DNA from: an uncultured Candidatus Electrothrix sp. | Lineage (GTDB): Bacteria > Desulfobacterota > Desulfobulbia > Desulfobulbales > Desulfobulbaceae | Assembly: GCA_965603655.1 (NCBI GenBank) | Contig: CBFDDU010000038.1 | Location: 1-22,363, forward strand | Direction of reading: 5' to 3' | DNA: 22,363 nucleotides | Part shown: positions 1-8,340 of the stretch, piece by piece | Layout of the letters: each line of letters opens with the position of its first letter | Position numbering within the stretch: the stretch's first letter is position 1 | Notes under the pieces: model-generated | Told to the model about the DNA's origin: nothing | What the model saw: only the letters and a program-made list of their open reading frames with translations | Databases searched by the model: none | Program-made: the position numbers and the translations under genes

Positions 1-33
1 GAATTTTCAGAGAATAGTCGCAAAATAAAGAGG

Positions 34-255
34 TTGGAGTGCCTTTCTCTTTTTTTTATGGCTGTGATGCTCTTGACTGCGGTGATGGCCATCGGCACAG
101 CGGTTTTTTCCTGGGAAAAAGAACACGGAAAAGAGATCTGTATCGGGAGTATTCTTACTGCGGTGGTGGCCCTGTCCTGGCAATATATCGGGGCAGGAAT
201 TTCAGCCGGTATAGCAGTCTTTGTTTTTATTGTGCTGGTAGCCAGTTTGAGTTGA
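34..255 (+). CDS. small hydrophobic membrane protein (hypothetical)
   Basis: 73-aa ORF with 2-3 hydrophobic helices (LLTAVMAIGTAVF, ILTAVVALSW, GIAVFVFIVLVASL). The start is uncertain: TTG at 34 directly abuts the AAGAGG purine run, and ATG at 58 is the alternative. No family recognised. Confidence 0.4.
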   Translation: MECLSLFFMAVMLLTAVMAIGTAVFSWEKEHGKEICIGSILTAVVALSWQYIGAGISAGIAVFVFIVLVASLS

Positions 256-273
256 TTCTTGAGTTTGGTGGGA

Positions 274-1209
274 ATGAAGGATATTCATGATCGTTTACAT
301 GACCGTATGCGCGGTGCAGTTCTTGCTTCTGCTCTCGGCGATGCCTTTGGTGCACCATATGAGGGTGGTATCACAGAGCGGTTGATTTGGGGAGTATTGG
401 GGAGACAGAGCGGTAAACGTCGCTGGACAGATGATACGCAGATGTCTGTTGATGTTATAGAATCCCTCTTGGCCTGTAAAAAAGTGGAGCAGAATGATCT
501 TGCTCGGCGTTTTGCCCACTCCTACAGGTGGTCACGGGGCTACGGGCCGGGGTCAGGAAAGCTGCTGAAACGTATTCGTCAGGGAGAGCGCTGGCAGATT
601 GCCAATAGAACTGTGTATCCCAATGGTTCTTTCGGTAACGGTGGTGCTATGCGAGCTGCCCCCATAGGGCTTTTTTATGGAGCAGAGCGTGAACGAAGAC
701 TGGTTCGGGCTGTTCGGGACGCAACGATTGTTACCCATGCCCATCCTGTCGGTCAGGACGGAGCTGTGGTTATCGCCCTGGCGACGGCCTTGGTTTGCCT
801 GGACTATCCTATGCGGGAAATTCTTAAGCGACTTCGTCTCCATATTCAAACTGTCGAATTGCAAAGCAGACTTGCCGTTGCGGAAAGATTGCTGCGTGCA
901 GACCATCTTGTGTTACCAAAACAAGTGGCGAGCGAGCTGGGTAACGGCATCAGGGCCAAGGACTCCTGTGTTACGGCGCTCTCTATCGGGCTTGCCTTGC
1001 GAGAGGCTCCTTTCTCCCATCTGTTAGCATATATTCGTGAAGTTGGCGGTGATACCGATACCATCGGGGCTATGGCCGGGGCTATCTGGGGTGCGGCCTG
1101 TGGATATCGGCAATTGCCGGAAGATTTGTTGAAACATCTTGAGCAGCGTCAGTATTTGGAAGAGTTGGCACATCGTTTTGCTGACGCAGCTGTTCAGGGA
1201 CGTTTTTGA
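274..1209 (+). CDS. ADP-ribosylglycohydrolase family protein (DraG/ARH-like)
   Basis: Tracked ORF is 259..1209. ATG at 274 is preceded by GGTGGGA. The motifs ALGDAFGAPYEG, WTDDTQM and the C-terminal GGDTDTIGAMAGAIWGA are the metal-site signatures of this family. Confidence 0.85.
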   Translation: MKDIHDRLHDRMRGAVLASALGDAFGAPYEGGITERLIWGVLGRQSGKRRWTDDTQMSVDVIESLLACKKVEQNDLARRFAHSYRWSRGYGPGSGKLLKRIRQGERWQIANRTVYPNGSFGNGGAMRAAPIGLFYGAERERRLVRAVRDATIVTHAHPVGQDGAVVIALATALVCLDYPMREILKRLRLHIQTVELQSRLAVAERLLRADHLVLPKQVASELGNGIRAKDSCVTALSIGLALREAPFSHLLAYIREVGGDTDTIGAMAGAIWGAACGYRQLPEDLLKHLEQRQYLEELAHRFADAAVQGRF

Positions 1210-1355
1210 GATAACTGCATGCAGTATATGTTTAGCCTTATGAGGGCTTGATGCGCATAGATTTGTCACAGACTCCACGGAAAAATGATCAATAGCCGTT
1301 TTTACCAGAAAAGAGAAAGAAAAGTAGCACAGAATGTTAATCAACTTGAAAAACT

Positions 1356-2036
1356 ATGAAAAAAATATATACCCTTCTTGCCATAGGTTTTTTGCTGGCA
1401 ATCAGCTCTTCCGTTCATGCGGAATCCGGCCAGGTTGGTCTGGGGATCAAGGGTGGAACCCTTGGAGGCGGGCTTGAGGTTAGCATGGACGTCAACCCTT
1501 ACCTGGAGATCCGGGCCGGGATCAATCAGGTGAGTTTTGACTTTGACACCACAATCGGGGACATTGATTATAATTTCGCCCCGGATTTTTCCACGAGCGC
1601 CTTGCTTCTTGATTTGCATCCTTTCGGCAATGCCTTTCGTTTTACCCTGGGCGCCTATCTCAATAATAATGAAATAGATATTGACGGTACCTATCGCCAG
1701 GAGTTGCTTTCTCCGGAATTGAGCCGCTATGCTGACCTGATTGATCAGGCCCACGTGGTTGGGTTGATTGAGTTTGATACCTTTGCACCTTATCTGGGTA
1801 TCGGTTGGACAAGCAATCATGAATCCATCAGTCGCTGGGGAGTGAATATAGACCTGGGAATAATGTTTCAAGGTTCACCCCACGTCACGGAATTGCATGT
1901 AGAGGATCCTTGGGGGGTCGGTAATCACCCTGTTGCAGAGGCCTTTATCGAGGAGGAGCGGCAGGAGATAGAAAAAGAGATTGATGAATATGAATACTAT
2001 CCTGTTGCTTCCATTTCTCTCAGCTGTAAATTCTGA
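1356..2036 (+). CDS. outer-membrane beta-barrel protein (hypothetical)
   Basis: Sec signal peptide MKKIYTLLAIGFLLAISSSVHA|E. Alternating-hydrophobicity strands rich in G/Y/F/D, and a C-terminal ...SLSCKF ending in the aromatic residue typical of OMPs. Confidence 0.7.
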   Translation: MKKIYTLLAIGFLLAISSSVHAESGQVGLGIKGGTLGGGLEVSMDVNPYLEIRAGINQVSFDFDTTIGDIDYNFAPDFSTSALLLDLHPFGNAFRFTLGAYLNNNEIDIDGTYRQELLSPELSRYADLIDQAHVVGLIEFDTFAPYLGIGWTSNHESISRWGVNIDLGIMFQGSPHVTELHVEDPWGVGNHPVAEAFIEEERQEIEKEIDEYEYYPVASISLSCKF

Positions 2037-2282
2037 TTTTTACGCTGTTCGTCTGCCCCCGAGAATGCCGCTCAGTCCGATCCATCAGAGCAAGTAAAAA
2101 AAATATAAGCTATGCAATCATCGGTTGTAACAAGTTGTGTGATAGAGTATTCTTGATCTGTGTTAGATGATGTATTCTTTTTTTATCAGATTTCAGGGGA
2201 ATATCCGATGGAAAATAGATAACAGGTCACGGGGACACAATAAACTTTTTTATTGTTGTTACAAACAGGGAATGTGAGGAGG

Positions 2283-3371
2283 ATGAAAACAGTGAAACTA
2301 AAATTTTTGGCACAGGTAACTTTTTTATTATTGTTATCAGTCTGTACCGCTCAAGCAGCGAGTACACTAACAGTAATTGGGCGTCATCCGTTTTATAAGC
2401 CCCCCCTCAAGTCAATGGATGACCTCAAAAGTATGGTGCAGAATCAACAGACTGCTATCATGGAGGGATTGCAGAAAGCTGGTACTCCTGAGCTGTATAC
2501 ACCGCTCATGCAACAGTTTCCGCAGGCACAAATTCAGCAAGTTGAATATCAACCTGGTGTGACTTTTCATTGGATGCTGTTCAGGCCAAACGGAGTTGGT
2601 CCGGTTAAAGCTGCCAAGGATCTCACTTGGGGTGGTAAAGCAGCGTTAAGCGGCTATGAATTTTTTATCGATGCAGGCGATAAACGTTACATCTTTGTAG
2701 TGCCTCTCTTCTGCGGCAATTTGGCCCTGAAAGAAGTTGTGCATATTGTAACAGTTCCGGGTCCCGAGCGGATTGTTGAGAAAATTGTTCCTGGGCCGCC
2801 TCAAATTGTTGAAAAGATTGTTGAGGTTCCTGGTCCCGAGCGGATTGTTCCTGGTCCCGAGCGAATCGTAGAAAAAATGGTTGAAGCCCCACCGCAGTGT
2901 TGCCCGCCTTGTGTCTATCCGGTTCGTTTCGTGGCTGATATGGGCTACCTTCGTCTTTCTGATCCGGCTGATTTCGGTTTCGGGAGGATAGGCGTAGAGT
3001 ATGCGTTTAACCAGCGTCTCTCCTTTCTCGGTATGATTGGTGGAGCTGCAAAAGCTGATGGAACTGATGGCGATGATGCCTGGTTGGTTGACTTTATGCT
3101 TCAGTATAACCTGTTCTTCCTGCAAGTTGGTGATGCATGGAACCCGGTCTTCCTGGGATTCGGTCTCGGTGGCTGGATGTCTAACGGTGATGACGATATT
3201 GATTCAGAAGATAGCGATATTGATATCATTGCCCAGGTTGGTGCCCAGATTTTCGGTCATCCAGATAGCTTCAATACCTCAGTTTTCTTTGAAGCGCGTT
3301 CAGGAATCGATGAGACCGATAAGCTGTCTCAGTACGGTCGCTTTGGTGCGGGATTACGTTTCCGCTTCTAA
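2283..3371 (+). CDS. secreted protein: N-terminal domain, Pro-rich repeat linker and C-terminal OMP beta-barrel
   Basis: Tracked ORF is 2253..3371. The signal peptide MKTVKLKFLAQVTFLLLLSVCTAQA|A begins at ATG 2283, with GAGGAGG immediately upstream; in-frame GTG 2274 and TTG 2253 are alternatives. The C-terminus GAGLRFRF is an OMP signature and the last ~150 aa are rich in G/F/D strands. Confidence 0.7.
   Translation: MKTVKLKFLAQVTFLLLLSVCTAQAASTLTVIGRHPFYKPPLKSMDDLKSMVQNQQTAIMEGLQKAGTPELYTPLMQQFPQAQIQQVEYQPGVTFHWMLFRPNGVGPVKAAKDLTWGGKAALSGYEFFIDAGDKRYIFVVPLFCGNLALKEVVHIVTVPGPERIVEKIVPGPPQIVEKIVEVPGPERIVPGPERIVEKMVEAPPQCCPPCVYPVRFVADMGYLRLSDPADFGFGRIGVEYAFNQRLSFLGMIGGAAKADGTDGDDAWLVDFMLQYNLFFLQVGDAWNPVFLGFGLGGWMSNGDDDIDSEDSDIDIIAQVGAQIFGHPDSFNTSVFFEARSGIDETDKLSQYGRFGAGLRFRF
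2754..2885 (+). repeat. in-frame tandem repeats encoding VPGPERIVEKIV-type units
   Basis: The protein reads VPGPERIVEKIV PGPPQIVEKIVE VPGPERIV PGPERIVEKMVE. At nucleotide level, cctggtcccgagcggattgtt is followed directly by cctggtcccgagcgaatcgta. Confidence 0.85.
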
Positions 3372-3445
3372 AACGTAATAAAAAGTAACACCCTTTTCCC
3401 CTGATCTTCTGTAAGACGAGATGGAGAGAGAAGTGTTCTTCTGAG

Positions 3446-3485
3446 CAGGGAGGATGAGCTTGGCTCATCCTCCCTGTTTTATTTT
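3446..3485 (+). terminator. intrinsic terminator after the OMP gene
   Basis: cagggaggatgagc / gctcatcctccctg forms a ~14-bp GC-rich stem with a tiny loop, followed by ttttatttt. Confidence 0.8.
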
Positions 3486-3512
3486 GTCCCGCTGCCCTGC
3501 TGCTGCGAGGAC

Positions 3513-3553
3513 AAAAAAAAGCGGATACGTTGTGCAACGTATCCGCTTTTTTT
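3513..3553. terminator. bidirectional intrinsic terminator
   Basis: An A8 run, then the gcggatacgtt...aacgtatccgc stem, then a T7 run. It can serve the convergent + strand OMP gene and the - strand small membrane gene. Confidence 0.75.
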
Positions 3554-3586
3554 GCGGTCAGCTGAAAGATATACTATCCTAATTGA

Positions 3587-3847
3587 TTATCCTCTTCTCC
3601 CCTCACGGCAGCTCTTGCCCTGACAGTCGGTCAACAGACTCGCTGTGTTTCTCTCCTCAATCAAGTCGAAGAATTTTGCTCCGATATACAGCATGAGCAG
3701 GAACACTGAGATAGCCACGGAACCGTCAAGTATTCGTTCAGGTGATGTTGCAACCCCCGCTTCTACACGAATGTTTATTATAATATACATCAGAACGGCC
3801 AATGACCAGTAGGATGATTTTTGTTGGGAACAGCAATCGGTCGTCAT
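3587..3847 (-). CDS. small membrane protein (hypothetical)
   Basis: Tracked ORF is 3587..3886. The internal ATG at 3847 (MTTDCCSQQ...) has the SD-like AGGGGGA followed by 5 nt upstream. Two hydrophobic helices (WSLAVLMYIIINI, VAISVFLLMLYIGAKFF). No family recognised. Confidence 0.5.
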   Translation of the reverse strand: MTTDCCSQQKSSYWSLAVLMYIIINIRVEAGVATSPERILDGSVAISVFLLMLYIGAKFFDLIEERNTASLLTDCQGKSCREGRRG

Positions 3848-4067
3848 TTTTTCCCCCTTTTTTTGCGATGCAGCCGCCTTTTCCAAACAGGAATACAGCA
3901 GCAGCTCTTGTTTGGTTTTCTGTTTACTAACTCCTCATGGTAATAGTCATATTGTTCTTCTCTCGTTCTCTTGATTTGTTGTTTGGGTATTTTGAGTTCT
4001 TGGCACTCTTTCTGATTCGATGAGGAAATCAACAAGAAATAAAATCCCCGTTTTCAGGTATGGAATT

Positions 4068-4128
4068 ATAGGGGCAGATTTGCGTGTCTGCCCGGCATAA
4101 AAGGGCGAACACATAGGTTCGCCCCTAC
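4068..4128 (-). repeat. REP-like 61-bp double-hairpin element, copy 1
   Basis: ataGGGGCAGAtttgcgtgTCTGCCCggcataaaaGGGCGAAcacataggTTCGCCCctac. It matches the reverse complement of 19543..19603 at 53 of 61 positions by my manual alignment. It lies 41 nt downstream of the pntB stop. Confidence 0.75.
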
Positions 4129-4169
4129 GGCAACTCCAAATAAGGGGTAGAATATTTTTTGTTGAATCC

Positions 4170-5552
4170 CTAATCGTTTTTGAACTCCGCCACCAGAGCC
4201 TGAATTGAGGCCTTGGCATCGCCGAAGTACATCCGGGCATTCTCGGCAAAAAAGAGGGCATTCTGGATGCCAGCAAAGCCTGGATTCATAGAGCGTTTTA
4301 GCACAATAACTGTCTTGGCTCGGTGTGTTTCAATGATAGGCATGCCGTAAATCGGGCTGGATTCGTCATCAAGGGCTGCTGGGTTGACCACATCGTTGGC
4401 ACCGATGACCACGCAGACATCCACGCTGTCCATACGAGGATTAATATCATCCATCTCCACCAACTGGTCGTACGGAACATTGGCTTCAGCCAGCAGCACG
4501 TTCATATGGCCGGGCATCCGTCCGGCAACCGGATGGATGGCGTAAGAGACCTCGGTGTCGTTTGCTTCCAGCAGATCACCAAGCTCTTTGACAGCGTGCT
4601 GGGCCTGCGCCACTGCTAGGCCGTAACCTGGAACAAAGGCGACAGAGTCGGCTGCTTCGAGGATATAATAGACATCCTCAGCTGAAGCCGCTCGAACCTC
4701 GCCTTGCGGGCCATCGCCAGCCTCCTGTACGGTTGTTGTACTCCCGAAACCGGAAAATAACACGTTGGCCAGGGAACGGTTCATGGCCTTGCACATGATA
4801 TTGGTCAGGATGATCCCGGAGGCACCGACCAGGGCACCAGCAACGATCAGGATGTTATTGGAGATGACAAAACCGGCAGCACAGGCAGCAATCCCGGAAT
4901 AACTGTTCAGTAAAGAAATAACAACCGGCATGTCTGCCCCGCCGATGGGGATGGTGGAGGTTACACCGAATCCCAAGGCCACCAAAAGAATAAGGATAAA
5001 GATAGCGTAGCCGAAACCGCTTGCAGGCGTTATGCAGAAGATAGTGGCTGCTACCAAGGCGGTGCCCAAGATGATCGCATTGATAATATGCTGTCCCTTG
5101 AAGACCACGGCTTTTTGGGTAATCTTACCGGAAAGCTTGCCAAAGGCGACCATGGAGCCGGAAAAGGTAACGCCACCGATAAAGGCGGAAAGAAAGGCGA
5201 CAAGGGCGATAAAAACCGATAGTTCTCTGTTTTGATGATATTCTGCCCAGGCCAAGAGGAGGCTGGAAATACCGCCGAACCCGTTGAACAGAGCAACCAT
5301 TTCCGGCATGGAGGTCATTTCGACTCGAATTGCGACAAAGGCCCCGATGCTGCTGCCGATAAGAATACCGAGAAAAATCCATTTATAATCCAGGCCAGCA
5401 TTCATCAGGGTAATAATGATGGCGATCAGCATACCCAGTGAGGAAAGCAGATTTCCTCTCCGGGCCGTAGCAGGTGAGCTGAGCATTTTCAGGCCGAAGA
5501 TGAACAGGGCTGCTGAGATGATATAGATAAAGTTGATGAAAAGAGGGTTCAT
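4170..5552 (-). CDS. pntB: NAD(P) transhydrogenase subunit beta
   Basis: 460 aa. N-terminal multi-TM domain (FGLKMLSSPATARRGNLL) plus a C-terminal NADP(H)-binding domain (VPGYGLAVAQAQH, MPGHMNVLLAEA, VIGANDVVNPAA). Confidence 0.95.
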   Translation of the reverse strand: MNPLFINFIYIISAALFIFGLKMLSSPATARRGNLLSSLGMLIAIIITLMNAGLDYKWIFLGILIGSSIGAFVAIRVEMTSMPEMVALFNGFGGISSLLLAWAEYHQNRELSVFIALVAFLSAFIGGVTFSGSMVAFGKLSGKITQKAVVFKGQHIINAIILGTALVAATIFCITPASGFGYAIFILILLVALGFGVTSTIPIGGADMPVVISLLNSYSGIAACAAGFVISNNILIVAGALVGASGIILTNIMCKAMNRSLANVLFSGFGSTTTVQEAGDGPQGEVRAASAEDVYYILEAADSVAFVPGYGLAVAQAQHAVKELGDLLEANDTEVSYAIHPVAGRMPGHMNVLLAEANVPYDQLVEMDDINPRMDSVDVCVVIGANDVVNPAALDDESSPIYGMPIIETHRAKTVIVLKRSMNPGFAGIQNALFFAENARMYFGDAKASIQALVAEFKND

Positions 5553-5848
5553 TTGGGGCCTCCTTCATTCTTTTCTTTTTTCTTAAACATCTCCAGCATT
5601 CGGTTGGTAACCATATATCCGCCCACCACATTGATGGTTGCAAAGGCAACAGCTACGGTTCCGAGGACGGCAGCAAAGGTAAGATTGTCAGATTGCAGGG
5701 AAGCTATGGCCCCGATCAGGGTGATGCCGGAGATGGCATTGGAGCCGGACATCAGCGGGGTGTGCAGGGTTGAGGGGACCTTGGAGATAAGTTCAAAGCC
5801 TAAAAAAATTGCTAAGACAAAAACAAACGTTAAATATACCGGTTCCAT
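5549..5848 (-). CDS. pntAB: NAD(P) transhydrogenase subunit alpha, membrane part 2
   Basis: 99-aa three-helix membrane protein (HTPLMSGSNAISGITLIGA). Its stop overlaps the pntB start by 4 nt (ATGA). Confidence 0.9.
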   Translation of the reverse strand: MEPVYLTFVFVLAIFLGFELISKVPSTLHTPLMSGSNAISGITLIGAIASLQSDNLTFAAVLGTVAVAFATINVVGGYMVTNRMLEMFKKKEKNEGGPK

Positions 5849-5855
5849 TGTATCC

Positions 5856-6992
5856 TCATTTATTCATGATGTTTTTGTACATCTTGCTGACGATTTCACC
5901 GTTATGGGTGATCAATGCGCCCTGCATGATTTCGTCCTCTTGGTCCACAGTCAGTACCTTGTTTTCTTTATCCCAGAAATGCGCAACAAAATTTCCTAAG
6001 TTGGCGGAGTACATCTGACTGGCGGTCGCGGCAACTCGTCCGGGAAGGTTGGCGATTCCCAAGATCTTTACCCCCTCGATTTCAACGATAGTATCCACCT
6101 CGGATCCCTCTACATTTCCGCCGGTTTCCACAGCCATATCTATAATGACGGAACCGGGGCGCATTTGGGCGAGAATGGTATGATCAATGAGGCGGGGTGC
6201 GGGTCGCCCGAAGAGCTGGGCTGTGGTGATAACAACATCCGCTCTGGCACAGGCCTTGGCCATTCCTTCTTTCTGGAGGGCCATCTGCTCCGGGGTCAGG
6301 GCCTTGGCATACCCGTCCTTGGTTTGTCCGGTTTCGCCGAGATCAACCTTAACAAATTTGGCCCCCAAAGACTTCACCTGCTCCTCAACCACAGGTCTGG
6401 TGTCAAAGGCTTCGACGATTGCTCCCAGGCGCTTGGCTGTGGCAATGGCCTGGAGGCCAGCAACACCGACACCGATGATAAAGACCCGTGCAGGCTTGAT
6501 GGTTCCGGCTGGCGTAGTCATCATCGGGAAAATCTTATCCAGCTGCTCCGCTGCCAGGGTCACTGCGGCATAGCCACCAAGATTGGCCTGGGAGGACAGG
6601 ACGTCCATTTTCTGGGCAATGGTGGTGCGCGGGACCATCTCCAGGCTGATTGCAGACACCTTGGCATCCCTCAGGGTCTCGACAAGATCTACCTCGTTAA
6701 AAGGGTCAAGATAACTGACATGAATGCAGCCTTTTTTCATCAGGATGACTTCATCTTTGGGAGGCTTACGCAGGCGGAGGATGATATCTGCTGTTTTGAG
6801 CATATCCTCACGTGAGGATCCGATGGTCGCTCCTGCCTCTTGATATTCCTCATCTTTAAAGCGACAGCTCATACCCAGGCCGGATTCAATAACCACCTTA
6901 GCCCCGAGTTTGACCAGTTTGGCTGCTGTCGCGGGAATCAGCGGGACCCGTTTTTCCCTTGGGTGCCTTACTTTCATGACCGCAATTATCAT
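5856..6992 (-). CDS. pntAA: NAD(P) transhydrogenase subunit alpha, part 1 (AlaDH/PNT domain)
   Basis: 378 aa with Rossmann motif VFIIGVGVAGLQAIATAKRLGA and PNT N-terminal domain ERRVPLIP-like (EKRVPLIPATAAKL). AAGGAG lies 6 nt upstream of the ATG. Confidence 0.95.
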   Translation of the reverse strand: MIIAVMKVRHPREKRVPLIPATAAKLVKLGAKVVIESGLGMSCRFKDEEYQEAGATIGSSREDMLKTADIILRLRKPPKDEVILMKKGCIHVSYLDPFNEVDLVETLRDAKVSAISLEMVPRTTIAQKMDVLSSQANLGGYAAVTLAAEQLDKIFPMMTTPAGTIKPARVFIIGVGVAGLQAIATAKRLGAIVEAFDTRPVVEEQVKSLGAKFVKVDLGETGQTKDGYAKALTPEQMALQKEGMAKACARADVVITTAQLFGRPAPRLIDHTILAQMRPGSVIIDMAVETGGNVEGSEVDTIVEIEGVKILGIANLPGRVAATASQMYSANLGNFVAHFWDKENKVLTVDQEDEIMQGALITHNGEIVSKMYKNIMNK

Positions 6993-7171
6993 AAATCACT
7001 CCTTGGGTTGTCTGTAATTTTTTTTGATATCATATGGAATGCACGTGGATTTGGCCTCGTAGGAGATTATTCATAGAGGAAGACTCACTTTTTTAGTTCT
7101 ACTCGAAAAAAAGAAAAAATCCCACTGAAAATGGTGAAAAAACAACCAGCAACTCTCATGATAAGCGCTCG

Positions 7172-7194
7172 GAAATAAATATGTTATTTATTTC
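7172..7194. promoter_or_regulatory. perfect AT-rich 10-3-10 palindrome in the divergent pnt/thioesterase intergenic region (candidate operator)
   Basis: GAAATAAATA tgt TATTTATTTC. No cognate regulator is known from this window. Confidence 0.25.
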
Positions 7195-7341
7195 TCCTAA
7201 GAGTCTGTTATTTTGTTTTATAAAGGGCGGATTTTGCTTGTCAGAGAAGGTGCAGGCAGGCGAACGGATATTTCAAGGGGCGCGGTTGAGCTTCTTTGCG
7301 TATTGTGCAAGAGAAGGGAATTCGTTATACACGGGATAGAA

Positions 7342-7779
7342 ATGAACTGTGAACAAAGAACAATGAGGGGTAACTCTGTGGGCGATTTTGTTTTTTCTTT
7401 GGAAATGTCGGTAAGGGATTATGAGTGCGATCTGCAAGGGATCGTCAATAACGCTGTGTATCAGAATTATCTTGAGCACACCCGCCATGAATATTTGAAG
7501 AGTATCGGGCTTGATTTTAAGGAGTTTGCGGAGAGAGGGATTAATTTGGTGGTGGTTCGGGTGGAGCTGGACTATAAATTTCCTCTGACCAGCGGGGATA
7601 ACTTCATGGTCAGGCTGGATTTTGTCAGGGAGTCAAAGGTCAAGTTTGCCTTTTTGCAGAATATCTATCGCCTTTCTGATGAAAAATTGATCCTTCAGGG
7701 GAAGGTGATTGGGGTGGCTTTGAATGGGAGAGGGCGACCTTTTGTGCCGGAGGAGTTTCAGGGGGTGTTGGAGGGTTAG
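7342..7779 (+). CDS. acyl-CoA thioesterase, 4HBT/YbgC hotdog family
   Basis: Tracked ORF is 7213..7779. The hotdog core starts at FVFSLEMSVRDYECDLQGIVNNAVYQNYLEHTRHEYL and the length fits ~140 aa. The start is ATG 7342 or 7363; the 5' extension has an atypical composition. Confidence 0.8.
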   Translation: MNCEQRTMRGNSVGDFVFSLEMSVRDYECDLQGIVNNAVYQNYLEHTRHEYLKSIGLDFKEFAERGINLVVVRVELDYKFPLTSGDNFMVRLDFVRESKVKFAFLQNIYRLSDEKLILQGKVIGVALNGRGRPFVPEEFQGVLEG

Positions 7780-7836
7780 CTGGTTGAAGTGCTGATGTTG
7801 TGAGGAACCTGCGCACGCACTCGGTAGATTGACCAT

Positions 7837-7873
7837 AAAAAAAGACAGCGTTTGAGCTGACGGCCTTTTTTTT
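7837..7873. terminator. weak bidirectional terminator-like hairpin
   Basis: An A7 run, gaCAGCgtttgaGCTGac, then ggcc and a T8 run. The stem is short and has one mismatch. Confidence 0.3.
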
Positions 7874-7957
7874 GAGAGTAATTTAATGAGAGTACGTCCC
7901 CTATTGTTCTAGGATTTTATTTTTTCAATGTATTCAGTGTCTTGTCGGCAAACACCG

Positions 7958-8067
7958 ATGGCTACACGATTTGCTATATAAAACATACTGTATCGAAGAA
8001 GTAAACGAAAACCTCGTTACCAAAGCTAAAGACGGTATCACACGCGAAAATAAAACCGTGTAGCCAT
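7958..8067. repeat. long-range perfect 11-bp inverted repeat inside an ORF-poor gap
   Basis: ATGGCTACACG (7958..7968) and CGTGTAGCCAT (8057..8067) are separated by 88 nt. Confidence 0.6.
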
Positions 8068-8340
8068 GCGGGTTACAGGTCGGGGCGCAGGCTCGAATTC
8101 CATAATCAGAACCATAAAACACCGAATACGCGTTGTACACGGACCCGGCGAAAAAAGCGTCTCGGCGGGACAGCACGATAAAAGACCGGTCTTTTAAAGC
8201 CAGTATCGAAGGAGCCTCCTTTGTTTCTTGTGAAAGGAAACAGAATTCGTTATAAGTTGATCTGCCAATAATGAACGAGGAGTAAGATGATTTTGCTCAA
8301 ATCAAGAGGAAGATCAGGACGAAAAGAGGAATAAGGAACG

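Noticed and set aside
3999-4016. TGGCAC-N5-CTGA on the plus strand, which resembles a sigma-54 -24/-12 promoter
   Set aside because: The -12 element is not TTGC/GC at the correct spacing. No plus-strand gene lies downstream, because the next genes are on the minus strand.
3947-4276. ORFs reading through the REP-like elements (3947..4276 minus, 19464..19661 plus, 19305..19625 minus)
   Set aside because: Their only shared segment (CSPFY-x-GQTR-x-SAP) is the translation of the repeat itself. They have no SD and partly overlap real genes.
6165-6815. 216-aa plus-strand ORF inside pntAA (also 1341..1871 inside the OMP gene, 553..906 and 677..1027 inside the glycohydrolase gene, and 10333..10833 inside mtaD)
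   Set aside because: All are antisense or off-frame shadows of genes with clear family signatures. None has recognisable motifs.
8075-8100. ggctcgaattcc, which resembles a tRNA/tmRNA T-arm (GGTTCGAATCC)
   Set aside because: The flanking bases do not form a T-stem, acceptor stem or anticodon arm on either strand. There is no CCA-proximal pairing and no tmRNA tag ORF.
7934-8176. 80-aa minus-strand ORF in the large intergenic gap
   Set aside because: It has no SD and an odd composition (Cys/Tyr/Ser/Arg-rich). It spans the long-range inverted repeat, so the region is more likely non-coding.
8287-8334. 15-codon uORF (MILLKSRGRSGRKEE) with GAGGAG upstream, just before the 8341 gene
   Set aside because: The SD spacing is only ~4 nt. 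The peptide has no attenuation-type codon bias that I can relate to the downstream pathway. It is too short to distinguish from chance.
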